64,000 bases of DNA from positions 96,001-160,000 of IMG/VR virus record IMGVR_UViG_3300036766_002288; one strand, given 5' to 3'. Positions 63,168-64,000 of this stretch are shown one piece after another. How positions within the stretch are numbered: the stretch's first letter is position 1; every line of letters begins with the position of its first letter. The translations under genes were made by a program, and so were the position numbers. Below the pieces are notes generated by a model. That model ran no database searches. It had not been told where the DNA came from and was given only the letters and a program-made list of their open reading frames with translations. This DNA is from a virus.

Positions 63168-63628
63168 TATTGTTCCTTTGATTGCATATAAATGCTATTT
63201 TTGCCCGCTGTAACTGACTCCTGGTATCTTCGACACGTTAAATTAAGTCTATATTTGCCGATGAAGCGATTGTATATGTAATTCCTGTTTACAACAAGCC
63301 AATCGCTATCTTCAACCAGTAGTAGTGTACCTATTGGGGGGATTAAACCCAACTTACTATATGCAACTTTGGCATTTACTTGAATCCCTATTTCATCAGG
63401 CTCATCAATACCAAACGTATTAAGTTGCTGTTGTTTCGGATAATCATAGAACGCATAAATTAGCACGGGAGGTATTGCTACAAAGACAGTTCCTTCGAGA
63501 TAAAGTTTTTCAACAGTTTTATCTCGCTTGCAATAACCTTTGATTGTAACTGGATGCCCTGCACTTTCGATCCAATAACCATCTACTTTTCTTAATACAT
63601 TTTTTATAAAATCAAATATAATTCTCAT
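63167..63628 (-). CDS. gp14-like neck (head-tail joining) protein
   Basis: LNTFGIDEPDEI...PPIGTLL...WLV resembles the recalled gp14 pattern (FG...DE...P..GDLI). Confidence 0.45.
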   Translation of the reverse strand: MRIIFDFIKNVLRKVDGYWIESAGHPVTIKGYCKRDKTVEKLYLEGTVFVAIPPVLIYAFYDYPKQQQLNTFGIDEPDEIGIQVNAKVAYSKLGLIPPIGTLLLVEDSDWLVVNRNYIYNRFIGKYRLNLTCRRYQESVTAGKNSIYMQSKEQ

Positions 63629-63998
63629 TTAATACTCCTAAGACTAAGTTAGCTACGTATTCATTGTTTTTGAATATTGCTTTTCGTTGGGTGCCTTCTA
63701 CTTTAAACCCAGCGGCCTCGGCACATTTCACTGATACTTCATTAGTTATCAATATCTGAGCGTCAAGTCTGTGTAAATTCATTAATTTAAAGGCAAAAGC
63801 AACACCAGCAATAACTAGCTTCTTACCATAGCCTTTTCCTCGCCAGCCCTGAAAGATATCCCAGCCCACATCCGCCTTCCTGTTTTGCCAATCAATATTG
63901 AAAAATTTAAATACGCCACAATCGTAACCGCTAGTGTTTAATGAAACATTGGCAATGAGTATCAGAGTTCTGGGACATTGTGTTTCTTGACTGATGGA
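63612..63998 (-). CDS. RimJ/RimL-type GNAT acetyltransferase (5' end outside the window)
   Basis: Frame open to the window edge; NIDWQNRKADVGWDI..WRGKGYG, LHRL, GFKVEG. Confidence 0.85.
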   Translation of the reverse strand, partial: SISQETQCPRTLILIANVSLNTSGYDCGVFKFFNIDWQNRKADVGWDIFQGWRGKGYGKKLVIAGVAFAFKLMNLHRLDAQILITNEVSVKCAEAAGFKVEGTQRKAIFKNNEYVANLVLGVLNENYI

Positions 63999-64000
63999 TT

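Noticed and set aside
1-64000. Genome-wide TAG-to-Gln reassignment (genetic code 15)
   Set aside because: Conserved enzymes are full length under code 11, and several genes end at a TAG that must be a stop (165, 3011, 3720, 7602, 58488). Only two isolated read-through candidates were found.

Overview
This AT-rich, gene-dense window reads as part of a large lytic dsDNA phage with a T4-like core; a jumbo phage is likely but genome size cannot be seen here. Core genes include a gp41-like helicase, UvsW, UvsX, UvsY, gp32-like SSB, a gp55-like partial sigma factor and gp4/gp14/gp15-like proteins. A TIGR03000 domain points to a Planctomycetota host. Metabolic cargo is unusually rich: isocitrate lyase, class V FBP aldolase/phosphatase, PyrB, glutamine-dependent NadE, HldE, ThyX, dCMP deaminase, a sirtuin, a SET-domain protein and a near-complete MoxR/DUF58/VWA (Bat-like) operon. 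At least five free-standing homing endonuclease genes are present. Reading the DNA directly gave these main observations: (1) about 11 unrelated proteins share an N-terminal peptide resembling the T4 capsid-targeting sequence, most sitting right behind a TATATA/TAAATA promoter-like motif; (2) two homing endonucleases are flanked by a dead upstream copy and a recoded downstream copy of the neighbouring gene's 5' end; (3) hairpins bury the ribosome-binding site of two endonuclease genes, with the promoter motif at the hairpin apex; (4) two genes are interrupted by an in-frame TAG in a Gln-compatible context; (5) a 32-bp perfect palindrome lies inside a gp15-like gene that also has a Tat-like signal peptide. 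All protein family calls come from recognising motifs by eye; no database search was run. No tRNA, rRNA or CRISPR array was seen.
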